Shown here: piece after piece, positions 20,662-33,106 of the stretch | How the letters are laid out: every line of letters starts with the position of its first letter | Position numbering within the stretch: the stretch's first letter is position 1 | From: Octopus bimaculoides | Taxonomy: Eukaryota | DNA: 33,106 nucleotides | Direction of reading: 5' to 3' | NCBI RefSeq assembly: GCF_001194135.2 | Contig: NC_068988.1 | Span: 73,424,869 to 73,457,974 of the forward strand | The notes under the pieces: generated by a model | The model's database searches: none | Told to the model about the DNA's origin: nothing | Seen by the model: only the letters and a program-made list of their open reading frames with translations | Position numbers and translations under genes: made by a program

Positions 20662-20832
20662 TATGAAATATTTCAGGCGATTACAATCCCTGTCAGCATT
20701 TATGTATACAAAGATGTGCTTTAACTACAGCTTTAGAGCATTTTATCTCTTATTTCAAGCAATGTAGGTGTTCTAACACCCTTAGTCACATTTAGTGGAA
20801 ATTATAGTTTTCCTTTTTGGTAACACATCGCG

Positions 20833-20873
<41 letters not shown>

Positions 20874-21319
20874 GAAATATATATAGTCATATTTAGGCGC
20901 ACGCGTGCGCAGACTCATGCACACACCCGCACACACATGACAGCCGCTCGCTACGATAGCGACAGCGATAATGACATGAAAGAGTAATGAATAAGAAGTG
21001 AAAACAGTTAAAATTATCCAAACCCAAAAAGTGGTGACTATATGGCCACTGAACTTATAAGAAATAGAAACCAAATCTCTTTCATTGCCCTAGAAAAGAA
21101 AGGCACAATAGATAATGTAGTCTTGGATGCACTGTGGTCAAGGATGGAATCATTTGATCAGAGGCCTACTCAACTTGGGACAAAAGGACATGTAAAAAGT
21201 ACAGTAATAATAATTGTATTTTTTATATAGGAATAGTTGATAAGTGAGGTGTATAAAATGTGGTGTTTATGTTTTCTTCAAAAGTGTTGTTGTTTGTCTC
21301 AATCTTTTATTTTTTATTT

Positions 21320-21635
21320 TTTACTTGTCTCAATCGAGACTGCGGCCATGTTGGGACACCGCCTTGAAAAATTTTTAGTCGAATGTATCGACCCCAGTAC
21401 TTATTTTTTTTAAAGCTTGATGCTTATTCTGTCAGTCTCTTTTGCCGAACGACTAAGTCACGTGGACGTAAACACATCAGTACGACGAGCTTCTTTCAGT
21501 TTACGTCCACGTAATCCATTCACAAAGGTTTGGTCAGTCTGAGGTTATAGTAGAAGATACTTGCTCAACGTGCCACACAGTGGGACAGAACACCAAACCA
21601 TGTGGTTGGGAAGCAAGCTTCTTACCACACAGTCA
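21320..21635 (-). mobile_element. SINE family A, near full length but lacking the internal microsatellite segment
   Basis: It is a reverse-complement match to both halves of 32483-32874 (..ttacttgtctca..ctgcggccatg..; ..tagtagaagatacttgc..accatgtggttgggaagcaagcttcttaccacacagtcac). Confidence 0.85.
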
Positions 21636-21756
21636 CTTCCGATCGAGTTAAAACCGTAAATTATTTAGTTTCATTCCTGTACAGAACGCAAGCAAACGAG
21701 AATGCATGCCAAGAGACATGCCTCTCTCTTTCTGTCAGACAAAGAGAAACAGGGAG

Positions 21757-21805
<49 letters not shown>

Positions 21806-22489
21806 CAGATCCATGGAGTAAATTTTTGTAAGACAGAACATCACTGCATTTGAGCCCGTTGTGGATGGAGACTTTTTCAGTGCGAAGTCCATCAGAGACT
21901 CCTGTGCCTCTCTTAAACTTGCTGGGCTCCCAGCACTGATGCTTTTTACGTGGCACCAGCACCAGCGGGGTCACCAAGTACTTGCAAGACAAAGAAAGAA
22001 CTCCTCGGCAGGGAGAGAAGTTAGAGAGAAAGATAGAAGACAGAGTTAGTGAGTGAGTGAGTGAATGAGAGAGAGAAATGGTCGTGGAGATGTATTAGGA
22101 TATACCCACAGGGTGCTGTGGGGGGGGGAGTTAATAAAATGGTACACAGGGGATAGATGGGGATGTTATATAAGAGTATGAGGGGAAATTTTAGAGATGG
22201 GAGGAGGTGACTGCAGCAAGTGATAGTAAGAGATAGAAGTGGTTGAGAGTGCTATTGTAGATATTTGAGGGCATGGAGAGTGTGTGTTGGGTAGGCACGA
22301 GAGAATGAGTGGAGAAGCGTGCAGTAATGGTGATCATGAGTGGAGGCGGCGTGTTGGGAAGATGGGTTTTGGGAGGAGACTTGATGGAGGGTAGATTGTA
22401 TATGTGTGTGAGTGTGTATGTGTGCGTGCGTGCGTGCGTGTGTGTGTGTTTGTGTGGAGGGGTATAGCCATAAAGAACAAGCAATTCGT

Positions 22490-22760
22490 CAGTTGTCTCG
22501 GTTCCATGTAATTTATTCTCTCTTCTGGAGATCATTTCTCACCACGTCATCCCAGGTCTTCCTGGGTCTACCCCTTCCACAGATTTCCTCCGCTATTAAA
22601 GATCAGCACTTCTTGATACAGCTGTCCTCAACATTATGCATTACATGACCATACCAGCACAGTCTCCTCTTTTGCACACCATACCTAGTGCCTCTTATAC
22701 TCAATTTTTCTCTTAAACCTTTAAGCTTTGTCGTACATGCACACTGACATTGCACATACA
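22490..22760 (-). mobile_element. RTE-clade LINE ORF2 C-terminal remnant
   Basis: It gives ..LREKLSIRGTRYGVQKRRLCWYGHVMHNVEDSCIKKC*..GRGRPRKTWDDVVRNDL, the typical RTE RL.W.GHV.R..GRP..TW tail. Confidence 0.85.
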
Positions 22761-22774
22761 AGTTGACAGCCACC

Positions 22775-22905
22775 AAGTATGTATGTACGTATGTATGTAT
22801 GTACGTATGTATGTATGTATGTATGTATGTATGTATGTATGTATGTATGTGTGTGTGTATATGCATATATGCATGCATGCGTGTATGTACGTATGTATGT
22901 ATGTA
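22775..22905. repeat. (TATG)n tetranucleotide repeat
   Basis: Direct reading. Confidence 0.95.
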
Positions 22906-23644
22906 AGCTTGTTTGAACAAAGAAGAGGAAAAGAAAAGGAATAGAATTCAATACGTAAGAGTGTATATATTTTATTCGGGTATTAAAGATTAAATAACTT
23001 CAGAGCCAAGAGTTTCTGTGTTGTAATTATCAATATTTTGATTTTCTATTAGTGCTCATGGGAAATCTCAATTCAGCGCAGTCAACCACATTTGCACTTT
23101 CTCTCTGTGATGTACGGAATTCTCGATCTCTGAGTCACTTATGTAACTTTACAGCCGAATAAAATCCGCACGCCATTGGTCGTGAGCATAGGTGCCTGAG
23201 TTATCTGCTGCCTTGACCTGTGCGAAGAAGGGGCACGTGGGTAAACCCATCCTCAAAATGTCTAGAACTAAGCATCATATAACATCAATTCCGAGATGGC
23301 CAACAGCACAACTTGAGCTTTAGTTATAACTGTGGCTACAACACTTATTTCCGCAGAGAAGAATATTGGATCTGTGCCAGCATATATATCAATCTGTATT
23401 TAAGTTTAAAATTAAGCATATCTCTCATTCGACACAATTGAACCGTGAACAAAAATGATTTTTCCCATAGTGAAATGCATCCATCATATATCTTTCACAT
23501 CGCTTTTTTCTCTTCTGTTATTTAAATAAAGTAATGGAATTAAAATACCCTTAATTATCCTTAATATACATAATTTCATTAACTTAAACGAGTAAGTTAA
23601 AAATTTAGAAATTAAAAAAAAAAATCATTATTATTTAAAAAAGT

Positions 23645-23877
23645 AGATAGATATGACAGGTTAGCGTGGGGGGTTAAGCAGTTGTGGTCGATGTAAAAGG
23701 TGGTAGTAGTACCAATAATTGTCGGAGCCCTGGGAACAGTGAGCAAAAATCTTGAGAAGTACATGGAACAAATAAGAGTGGAAGATGCTCGAAAAATAAA
23801 GGGTGTTACCTTAGTTCACTGGTAGTGAACAGCTGACACCGTAGTACATCTCCAGCGTTAGAAGCTGTGGCAAAGAA

Positions 23878-23944
<67 letters not shown>

Positions 23945-23945
23945 T
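23645..23945 (+). mobile_element. R4/Dong-like LINE 3' end with (AAT)n tail
   Basis: It gives ..DRYDRLAWGVKQLWSM*KVVVVPIIVGALGTVSKNLEKYMEQI (RLE-domain C-terminus), then a short UTR ending directly in about 22 AAT units. Dong/R4 elements are known to associate with (TAA)n. Confidence 0.75.
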
Positions 23946-24325
23946 TACTGTTAACTCGGTACTGCACACATTCTACGCAAAACACTTTCAATACAGTAAA
24001 CATAAGAGCATCACAGCAAACCACAGCACATACCCAAGGCGCACAGAGCTGCGCTCGGTAGTGAAGTGAAAGCACGTTATAAAAATAAAACTACTGAATA
24101 ATAATAATAATAATAATAATAACAAAAGCGGCCAGCAAGCTCAACCAAAATAGGTAAAATACACAGAGTATAGCTGGTACATTTTGTAACCTAATTTTTA
24201 TATATATAATATTATAGCAGTGCATAGAAGTAAAGTGTGTAGAGTGTGGTCGTCTCAAAAGAAGATCGACTTTCAAGGATTTCCTCAATTATGTCGAGGA
24301 AGACAAAAACATATTATTCAACAAA

Positions 24326-25259
<934 letters not shown>

Positions 25260-25260
<1 letters not shown>

Positions 25261-25505
25261 ATAGAGAGAGAGAAAGAAAGAAGGAAAGAAAGAAAGAAAG
25301 AAAGAAAGAAATAGAGAAAGAGAAAAAAAATAAAGAAACAAAGAAAGAAACAAAGAAGGAAAGAAAGGAAGAAAGGAAGGAAGAAAGTGTGTGTGTGTTT
25401 GCAAATAGGGTGAAGATTTTTTCCCATCTTACTAAGGGAAGCAACTTAGAATATGAGACTTGGTAGTTATGGTAATGGTTTTGGCTGTAGCATTGTTATG
25501 ATAAT

Positions 25506-25569
<64 letters not shown>

Positions 25570-25590
25570 GAGACAGAGAGAAGGAGAGAG
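25260..25590. repeat. Purine tracts (GAAA)n and (GA)n
   Basis: Direct reading. Confidence 0.9.
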
Positions 25591-26689
25591 GGAGTGAGGT
25601 GGTGACTTTGTTGTCAATGTAGTAGTGTCTGCTACTGGTAGTGGCGGCGTTGCGGTCATCACCGCTTCTATTACTGTTAACTCGGTTTCAAACTATATTT
25701 TTCCATATTCGTGAAGATATCTCCTTGCTATTGAGTAAAATTTGAAATAAACACATAAATATGTAGTACATCAATAATTTAATGTTTGATTTTGCAAATT
25801 ATAATAGAACCTTAATAATGAGAATTTACATAATCATGTTAGTAGCATAAAATAGAAACTGTTTAAATTTTTACCAGACTAATTGAAGTGAATTCTTGTT
25901 GGTTTAATTTTTTTTTTTATTATTATACGTTATCAAATACATTGAAAACTCAGCTGACGTGAACTGGAATATGTGGATAAAATACTGCATATACATATCC
26001 TTAGATTCCATTGTGATTTCATAGTGAAGATAAATAATCCCATATCGGCGGTAGTAGTCGTGGTAGTGCCAAGGAGATGTCAGTGAAGAATTATGGTTGA
26101 TTTAATGTATGAACTTGGACATTCTCATTCCAGAAGTGACTATTACATTTTGTAGCAGTGATATTTTTTGGTTTATTGCTGGTAATGATGATAGCTGTTT
26201 GTTTCAGGTTGTCATTGTAGAGGTGAAAGCGGCGGGGACATAGTCATCTGCTTCGTGTTTTTTTATGTTTGTTTTTTTGTATTCCTAGTCATTAGTAAGT
26301 TTGTAGTGAAGATGAATAAATTCTGTTTAGTGTTTTAAAAAAAGCTACCTGGAAACATAACATAAGGGTTGCATGGGAAATGGCAAGTGCAGGTGATAGT
26401 GCATTATCCAGGACCCTCTCATGAATTAAAAAAGTACTGTAGGAGGTGATTATAAATATTGACTACCTATATAAAGCTCGGGAAAATTACACGTAGTCCT
26501 AGGGGCCGTAGTAAAAACCACAAGCTGGGAATGTCTAAAATGGAATAGGTGGATAAAATGCACAGTGCAAGTCAGAAAATAATTTGAAAGTGCATTGAGC
26601 TGTTACAGGATCACAATAATTTTAAAAAAATTATGTATTTCTTTCATTTGGAAGATATTTTTGAAAAATCTTCAAAACCTAGTGTCATT

Positions 26690-27636
26690 GCAGTACCATT
26701 CTTTTCATAGGATATCATGAAGGGTGCCATTGCAATCTGGACATAAGTCAGCAAAGACTGGATCAATTTGAATACGATAATCACTTAACATGGATTAAAA
26801 ACGTTAGTGGAATTGTGATAGTGTTCATCTTATTTTCTGTTGTAGACATTCTCCTTTTTTATGGGACATGAGCTGGTCTGTTTGTAAGTAACTGTTTACT
26901 AGTATTTGAGGCTGGTGCCTCAGATCACATCTTCAACAACCAAACAGTGAGGTCTTTTCATATTATCGCTTGGTTTTCTCTTGTTGAAAGGGTTTAATTT
27001 TACTCATTTCACGAATAGAGCTGATTTCATCTTTCTTTTGTAGTCCGGATTTGAAAATAGTGGGTGATATAGGTGATCCCATTGTCACATCGAAATAGAA
27101 GGAATGAATGATATAGATTTTCTTCACCAAGCATTTTGCGGCAACCTGAGGTCATTCGAAAATTTGCATAGTTTAGAACTTGCATTTTCTCCTATGCTTT
27201 TTAGAACTTAATAGTATGGCACTAGTGGGCTCCACACTTTGTTTGCATAGTAAAAATGGCTTTGTAGGTTGCTAGCCATCTTGCAATATCCTTTGGAAAA
27301 ATATTAAGTTGGAGATTTTCTATCAAAATACAATAGCCGCAATATCAAAGCCCTTTGTTAAGTTTATTGTCGTAGCGACTGTTCTTCCGATTAAATCCAG
27401 CTGTAATGGATGCCGAGTGTTGCAAAAATGCTGAAGCTGTAGAGTGTTGAGGTCTGAATTCACAGTGGGTGTTAGATGGCATTTATTGTGGGTAGAAGAC
27501 ACTTTTCAAAACCTTTACTATTCAACTGAGAAGCGATCCTGAATAAGTTTCAACGTTACAAGGCTTCAGAGAGTGAATGATAATTGAGGTTTTCCAGGGT
27601 TTGACAGTTTTCGAGTGAATACCATCCGCATCCTTA
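26690..27636 (-). mobile_element. I-group (Ingi/Vingi-like) LINE ORF2 remnant with internal deletion
   Basis: The minus strand gives ..WKTSIIIHSLKP..SLLS*IVKVLK..FRPQHSTASA..ITAGFN..NLTKGFD (RT motifs). It later gives ..TLSQF..DYRIQIDPVFADLCPDCNGTLHD (C-terminal cysteine motif). It is very decayed. Confidence 0.6.
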
Positions 27637-27638
27637 TA

Positions 27639-28010
27639 TACGAGGTTTGATCAATAAATATCCGGACTGTTGCCATAGTAACGAAGCTGAAGCACATAGA
27701 GTGAAGCAGCTTAGCAAAGATTCACCTTGAACTTTGCTGTGCATGCGTACTAAGTTTTAACGTTCTAAATCACTTCCGCTGTTTACTGCAGTGCTTGGAA
27801 GGAACGTGTGTAGCGTATGATTGCAGAAAGTGTATGGAGAGAAGTGTATGAGGCGCATACAAGTGTACGAGTGGTTCAGACATTTTCAAGATGGCCGAAA
27901 AAATGTCGATATTGACGAACGTTCTGGGAGACCCGCAACCAGCAGAACTGAGAAAAACATCACAGATGTGCGTCCAGATGCGAGGGAAAATCGCAGATGT
28001 GCGTGCAGAT
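27639..28010 (+). mobile_element. Mariner 5' fragment (left TIR plus HTH region)
   Basis: It begins TA|tacgaggtttgatcaataaatatccggact, a mariner-like end. The ORF reads ..QKVYGEKCMRRIQVYEWFRHFQDGRKNVDIDERSGRPATSRTEKNITDVR (HTH with the RSGRP linker). No right TIR was seen. Confidence 0.85.
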
Positions 28011-28199
28011 ATGAGCTATCCGTGTGCAGATTAGTTACGATTCAGTTCAGTCCATTACCACTGTTTATTCTAAACAGCAATAGTGGTAAAGTTAGGAAGG
28101 AGGTGGCGGAGATGAAGGAGACGAAGAAGAAGAAGAAAGAGAAGAGAGAATAAGAAGGAATGTTGGTAGTATGATAGTAGTAAGGTGTTAAATGGTCAA

Positions 28200-29284
28200 A
28201 TGACCTAAAAGTGGCTCGTTATGGATTATAACAGTAATTGGGACTGTTTTTAAATGAATTCTTAGGAATCTCTTGAGTGTATCATTTTTAGTATTTGCGT
28301 GTGTGTTGTGTTATTTTAAGGCCGCGGTGGATATGTTGTTTGTTGTAGACGCGTTCAAGAGGGGTCTGTATTTTGTAATAGTCTCTTTACTATTTCGTTG
28401 GCTACAGGTTGTATCATCCCTGAATTGGTAGTGGGGAAAAATTCTGAAGCTTGGATTTATGTTATTGGCGCAAATGTCTGTGTGTTAGCTGAATGCTATT
28501 TTTCTGTTTTGGGGAACTTTGATCTGGGATCTGTGCAGAGCCATTCTTTTAAGTAGACTGTTTTTTTGTTTCACCTATGTATTACTCTTGACACCCAGAG
28601 CAGGTTAGTGCATATATCAGGTTCTCCGAAGTACATCTGAAGTTGCTTTTCACTGTGAAACGTTGTCCCTGTTTGAAGGAGAACTCTGATCCCTCAAATA
28701 AATTGACGCATATCCCACAGTTGGGTCTTCCGCATTTTTTTTACTGACGGCTTCTGTGTAGTTGAGCGTATTCGGACTTGTGTTAGGAGACTTTTCATAG
28801 ATATTGGTTGTCTCTTGCTTTTTATGATGGTGTATGTTTGGAGGATTAAGTTCATTCTCTGGTCCTTTTTAGCAGGGGAATGTTTTGGAGGATGGTGTCG
28901 AAGGCTTCATTGTTGAAAGAGTTGTGTGTGGAGATGTATGGTAGGGATTTTCGTTGTAAATCCTTCTTTAATTTGGGATGTCTGAGTTCCTGGATGTTGA
29001 GTTGAAGGGCACGTTGAAAGCCTATGTCAATTAGTGAAGGTGGGTAGTTCATGGTGATGAGTGTATCTTTTACTTTATGTAGTCGTGTGTCTCTGGTATT
29101 TGCATTAGAAACTATAGTACATATCCTTTTTGCTAAGTTGAAGGGGATATTCATTCTGGTGTGCCTGGGGTGGCAGGAGTTGAACGGTAGATATTGCTTG
29201 GAGTACGTAGGCTTATAGTATATATCTGTTTCTATTATGTTAGATTTCTTAATGAGGATGTCGAGGAAGGGAAGTTGTTGCTGG
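28200..29284 (-). mobile_element. Penelope-like (Neptune-type) element: RT thumb, Cys linker, GIY-YIG endonuclease
   Basis: It gives QLPFLDILIKKSNIIETDIYYKPTYSKQYLPFNSCHPRHTRMNIPFNLAKRICTIVS.., then ..KCGRPNCGICVNL.., ..RCTSENLIYALTCSGCQE*YIGE.. and ..YRPLLN. Confidence 0.9.
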
Positions 29285-29320
<36 letters not shown>

Positions 29321-29866
29321 NNNNNNNNNNNNNNNNNNNNNNNNNNNNNNNNNNNNNNNNNNNNNNNNNNNNNNNNNNNNNNNNNNNNNNNNNNNNNNNN
29401 NNNNNNNNNNNNNNNNNNNNNNNNNNNNNNNNNNNNNNNNNNNNNNNNNNNNNNNNNNNNNNNNNNNNNNNNNNNNNNNNNNNNNNNNNNNNNNNNNNNN
29501 NNNNNNNNNNNNNNNNNNNNNNNNNNNNNNNNNNNNNNNNNNNNNNNNNNNNNNNNNNNNNNNNNNNNNNNNNNNNNNNNNNNNNNNNNNNNNNNNNNNN
29601 NNNNNNNNNNNNNNNNNNNNNNNNNNNNNNNNNNNNNNNNNNNNNNNNNNNNNNNNNNNNNNNNNNNNNNNNNNNNNNNNNNNNNNNNNNNNNNNNNNNN
29701 NNNNNNNNNNNNNNNNNNNNNNNNNNNNNNNNNNNNNNNNNNNNNNNNNNNNNNNNNNNNNNNNNNNNNNNNNNNNNNNNNNNNNNNNNNNNNNNNNNNN
29801 NNNNNNNNNNNNNNNNNNNNNNNNNNNNNNNNNNNNNNNNNNNNNNNNNNNNNNNNNNNNNNNNNN

Positions 29867-29932
<66 letters not shown>

Positions 29933-30027
29933 TACGCACGCGTACACACACACATGTATGTATGTGTGTGTATATATATATATATACATATATGCATATA
30001 TACATATATGCATATATACATGCATAC

Positions 30028-30098
<71 letters not shown>

Positions 30099-30118
30099 CA
30101 TACATATATGTATATATA
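29285..30118. other. (TA)n, assembly gap from 29321 to about 29866, (CA)n/(TA)n block
   Basis: Direct reading. Confidence 0.98.
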
Positions 30119-32482
30119 GTTTTGAATGAAAAGAGCTTGCTCTTTCACAGGGATGTATTTTATCCAAGCGTACACCAGTTCAGCTCCATAACGTTTAATA
30201 TTCTTGGAATTAATTAATTTGTGTTAATATTAGTGTTAAAACGTATGAAGTGCCAGTAGTCGTTATATATGTTCTCATCCATTCCATATAAGAGAACAGA
30301 ATTTTAACATTATGATATTAGGAAAATGGAGTGCTTGAACACTTATAAAAATAATGATTCTGTCCAAATTGATGTGCTAAACTCAAATTGTCGTTTTTGC
30401 AAAGTTTTAACATTTACTCCACAAATATTTTGTCGTCAATGCTGCACTTTCCTGTATCACCTGTTTCAACATGAATGTAATATATATAGAGTATAACTAA
30501 TCATACTTTATATTGATCAAGATAATACTTCATAAATGTGTTTCTTGGAATGTACATGCCTAAGTCAATTAGATTATTTCTGAAGTAGGGAAAGTGCTTT
30601 GGAATATGATATAGGCAGGTTTTTGTGTTTTACAAATAAGGAAACAGCTACGAGAGCGAGAAGTATTTCCTTTTTAAGTAGCCCCCAAATATCTTGCGGT
30701 TTGCTAGTCTCTTCTGATTCGTTAAGATTTCTGATAGGCAAAATTGATACATGTATTAACAATGAGGAAACAAAAATGTCGTTTGGGTAAGAACCAAATA
30801 GATATATCGAGTAAGAATGTATGGAACGAAGCGAGGATAAGAAAAACGAAAATAGTGGACAAGACAGATAAGCGGCAAACTCCAGTTATTATTCAAAAAC
30901 TATATCTGAGTTTTGTCACTGTTTATCCCTTGGTGTAAGGGTATGATGTGTGGGATATTTGGTTGCAATTTCTAGCAAGGCGAGCGACTACATAGAAAGG
31001 TCATAATGTGTGTGTGTGTGTGTCGTAATCCTTATTACTGTGAGTTTCTCTGCATTATTTAATATTACACTTTAATCTTGCGAACATACAAGACTGTATA
31101 AAACTAGAAAAGTATTTCATGTCGAGATGAATTTCACTGTCTAAAGTTGGAGACCCCTTTCTCAAAAGATTATTGAGAAACATCTCAAGTAAAGAATGAT
31201 TGTTTCGCAGTTGTAATTCATATGCGTGCGTTAGATCCGTTACATCTCAGTTCCCTACATTTTTATGTACGGAATACCTCGCAAGTATGTACATATTATT
31301 TAATCGATATTGGCGTACAGTGCTGACCATTTGTGAGTGTCTTCTGTCAAAGAAATCTGGTTTCCCATGCTTAGACAATTCTTTATTTTTAGTTATAAGT
31401 AACTTATCCTTTTATTATGACAGCAATGTAACAGCTTTCAGTTAATTTCATAGTAAATGCAATAATCCATAATTGCACTTTCTATGAATATATGAGAGGA
31501 TAGAAAGACGTATTAACGTTCAGTTATGAAGGTCACATTTAGATGTTAACAACTATCGTTTCAACATAGAAATCTTATAACTTAGTATAGTAGTTGACAT
31601 TTTTTGTTCTATTCTATGACAGCCAATTATTTATTTTTATCTTTACCTGATAATTATTATAGATAAGGTTTAGGCTGAAACAGCCCTATGCAAAGGATAT
31701 CCAAGTTAGTTTAATTTTAGACGTATATTTATTTGTGCATGTGTGTGTTTGTGTGATTATGTATGTGTATGCTTTTGTATTGGTATTTCTCGGAATATAC
31801 TAAACTTATATATCATGTTCCTTGTACGCCTCATTCGCACCAAATCTTAATGCTACCAATTTGTAAACGTTTTCACCTACACTATAGCAAATCCACATTT
31901 GAAATTGCAACTTAAATAATACATACTTATATATTTAGATACATTATTTTGTTATACTACTGTCAGCGATAATAATAAAAATGAGAGTAAATAGCCTAAG
32001 CAATTGTAGCAGCTGCAAATCGGAGATTTCACAAAACCGTAACATCTATTGTTTCGTGTCTTCTCCTATGAAGAGCTTTCAATTTGTATCATTTAGTTTA
32101 TTATAATGTCAGATTAAACAGGAAAGATTTATGTACACCATGAAAATCAAAAGACCTGGCGATCAAAGTCTTATAGATACAAAGTAGAGTATAGATAAAC
32201 ATGAAAGATGAACGTGGCCAAGGGGTGAGCTGTGCATGTCCATTAGTGATGCACTATATCAAAGATCAAGTCACTTAACTTTAACTGCAAACTGTGTATC
32301 ATGAAGAGGTCACTCCACTGCTGTAAGCCATTGAAGTTCAAGAAAATTTAAACAATTTATTCCATTTATCGTATGACTCTACTGATTGATAGACATCACT
32401 TATTGAAATAGAAACGCAATCCATATTTTTTTTATATTCCATTAAGAAAAAGCAATTATATATATATATATATATATATATC

Positions 32483-32874
32483 AGGAGTGGCTGTGTGGTA
32501 AGTAGCTTGCTTACCAACCACATGGTTCCGGGTTCAGTCCCACTGCGTGGCATCTTGGGCAAAATGTCTTCTACTATAGCCTCGGGCCGACCAAAGCCTT
32601 GTGAGTGGATTTGGTAGACGGAAACTGAAAGAAGCCCGTCGTATATATGTATATATATATGTATGTATATGTTTGTGTGTCTGTGTTTGTCCCCCAACAT
32701 CGCTTGACAACCGATGCTGGTGTGTTTATGTCCCCGTAACTTAGCGGTTCGGCAAAAGAGACCGATAGAATAAGTACTAGGCTTACAAAGAATAAGTCCC
32801 GGAGTCGATTTGCTCGACTAAAGGTGGTGCTCCAGCATGGCCGCAGTCAAATGACTGAAACAAGTAAAAGAGTA
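32483..32874 (+). mobile_element. SINE family A, full length (tRNA-derived head, internal TA/GT microsatellite, 3' body)
   Basis: It has an A-box-like tggctgtgtggtaag and a B-box-like ggttcagtccc, an internal simple repeat at about 32642-32680, and a 3' end ..gactgaaacaagtaaaagagta. Three other copies are in the window. Confidence 0.9.
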
Positions 32875-33106
32875 TATGAGAAAAGGTGTCGATACTCTGA
32901 GAAGCAGTAGCAGCTGCAAATCAGATGTACATACATACATGTGTGTGCGTGTGTTGTGTGTGTGTGAGTGTGTGTGTGTGAGTGTGTGTGTGTGAGTGTG
33001 TGTGTGTGTGTGCATGTGAATTTAATTTAGTGCACAAATACAAAACGTCTTTTGCTATCCTCTCGAATCATCTTTTTGCTACTTCCCAGTATTTCTGAAG
33101 TTTTAG

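Noticed and set aside
20897-20910. Perfect 14-bp palindrome gcgcacgcgtgcgc
   Set aside because: It is readily produced from alternating purine-pyrimidine (CA/GT/GC) repeat decay, which is abundant here.
21830-22030. GC-richer segment (gctttttacgtggcaccagcacc..cttgcaagac) that looks like a dispersed repeat or RTE/SINE 3' region
   Set aside because: There is no second copy in the window and no coding motif, so the family cannot be assigned without a library search.
23040-23330. GC-richer unique segment with short open frames
   Set aside because: It has no recognisable protein motif and no convincing pair of splice sites.
23806-24075. Poly-Ile ORFs on both strands
   Set aside because: They are translations of the (AAT)n tail of the Dong-like element.
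28190-28215. Palindrome ggtcaaatgacc downstream of the Neptune-type endonuclease, a possible hammerhead stem II
   Set aside because: No recognisable CUGANGA or GAAA flanks it, so it is too weak to call.
28560-28625. In-frame stop inside the GIY-YIG motif as possible selenocysteine recoding (reported for some PLEs)
   Set aside because: The stop is TAA, not TGA, and the element has many other stops and frameshifts, so this is ordinary decay.
32483-32560. tRNA-like A/B boxes as a tRNA gene
   Set aside because: It is the head of a multi-copy SINE, with no complete cloverleaf seen.

Overview
This is AT-rich, microsatellite-saturated eukaryotic DNA from a gapped short-read assembly, with six N gaps that all sit in (TA)n/(CA)n tracts. 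The SINE families look like those of Octopus; this is recognition from memory, not a database result. I can support no host protein-coding gene, rRNA, tRNA or CRISPR array. The window is a nested transposable-element graveyard. It holds: a non-autonomous Helentron-type (HINE/DINE-1-like) element interrupted by a 1.8-kb ORF1-only L1/Tx1-like retrotransposon with a 15-bp TSD; four Penelope-like (PLE) fragments of two types; two copies of a pLTR-like repeat carrying minimal hammerhead ribozymes, plus a third degenerate hammerhead; a multiply deleted Helitron RepHel fossil; an RT-deleted Tx1/L1; RTE, R4/Dong-like, L2/CR1-like and Ingi/Vingi-like LINE remnants; three Tc1/mariner remnants; and several tRNA-derived SINEs. 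The most notable observations are the ORF1-only (HAL1-like) element, the variant-core hammerheads, and the fact that 10 of 11 LINE/PLE fragments lie on the minus strand. All translations outside the supplied ORF track were done by eye, and element boundaries are approximate unless a TSD or TIR is quoted.
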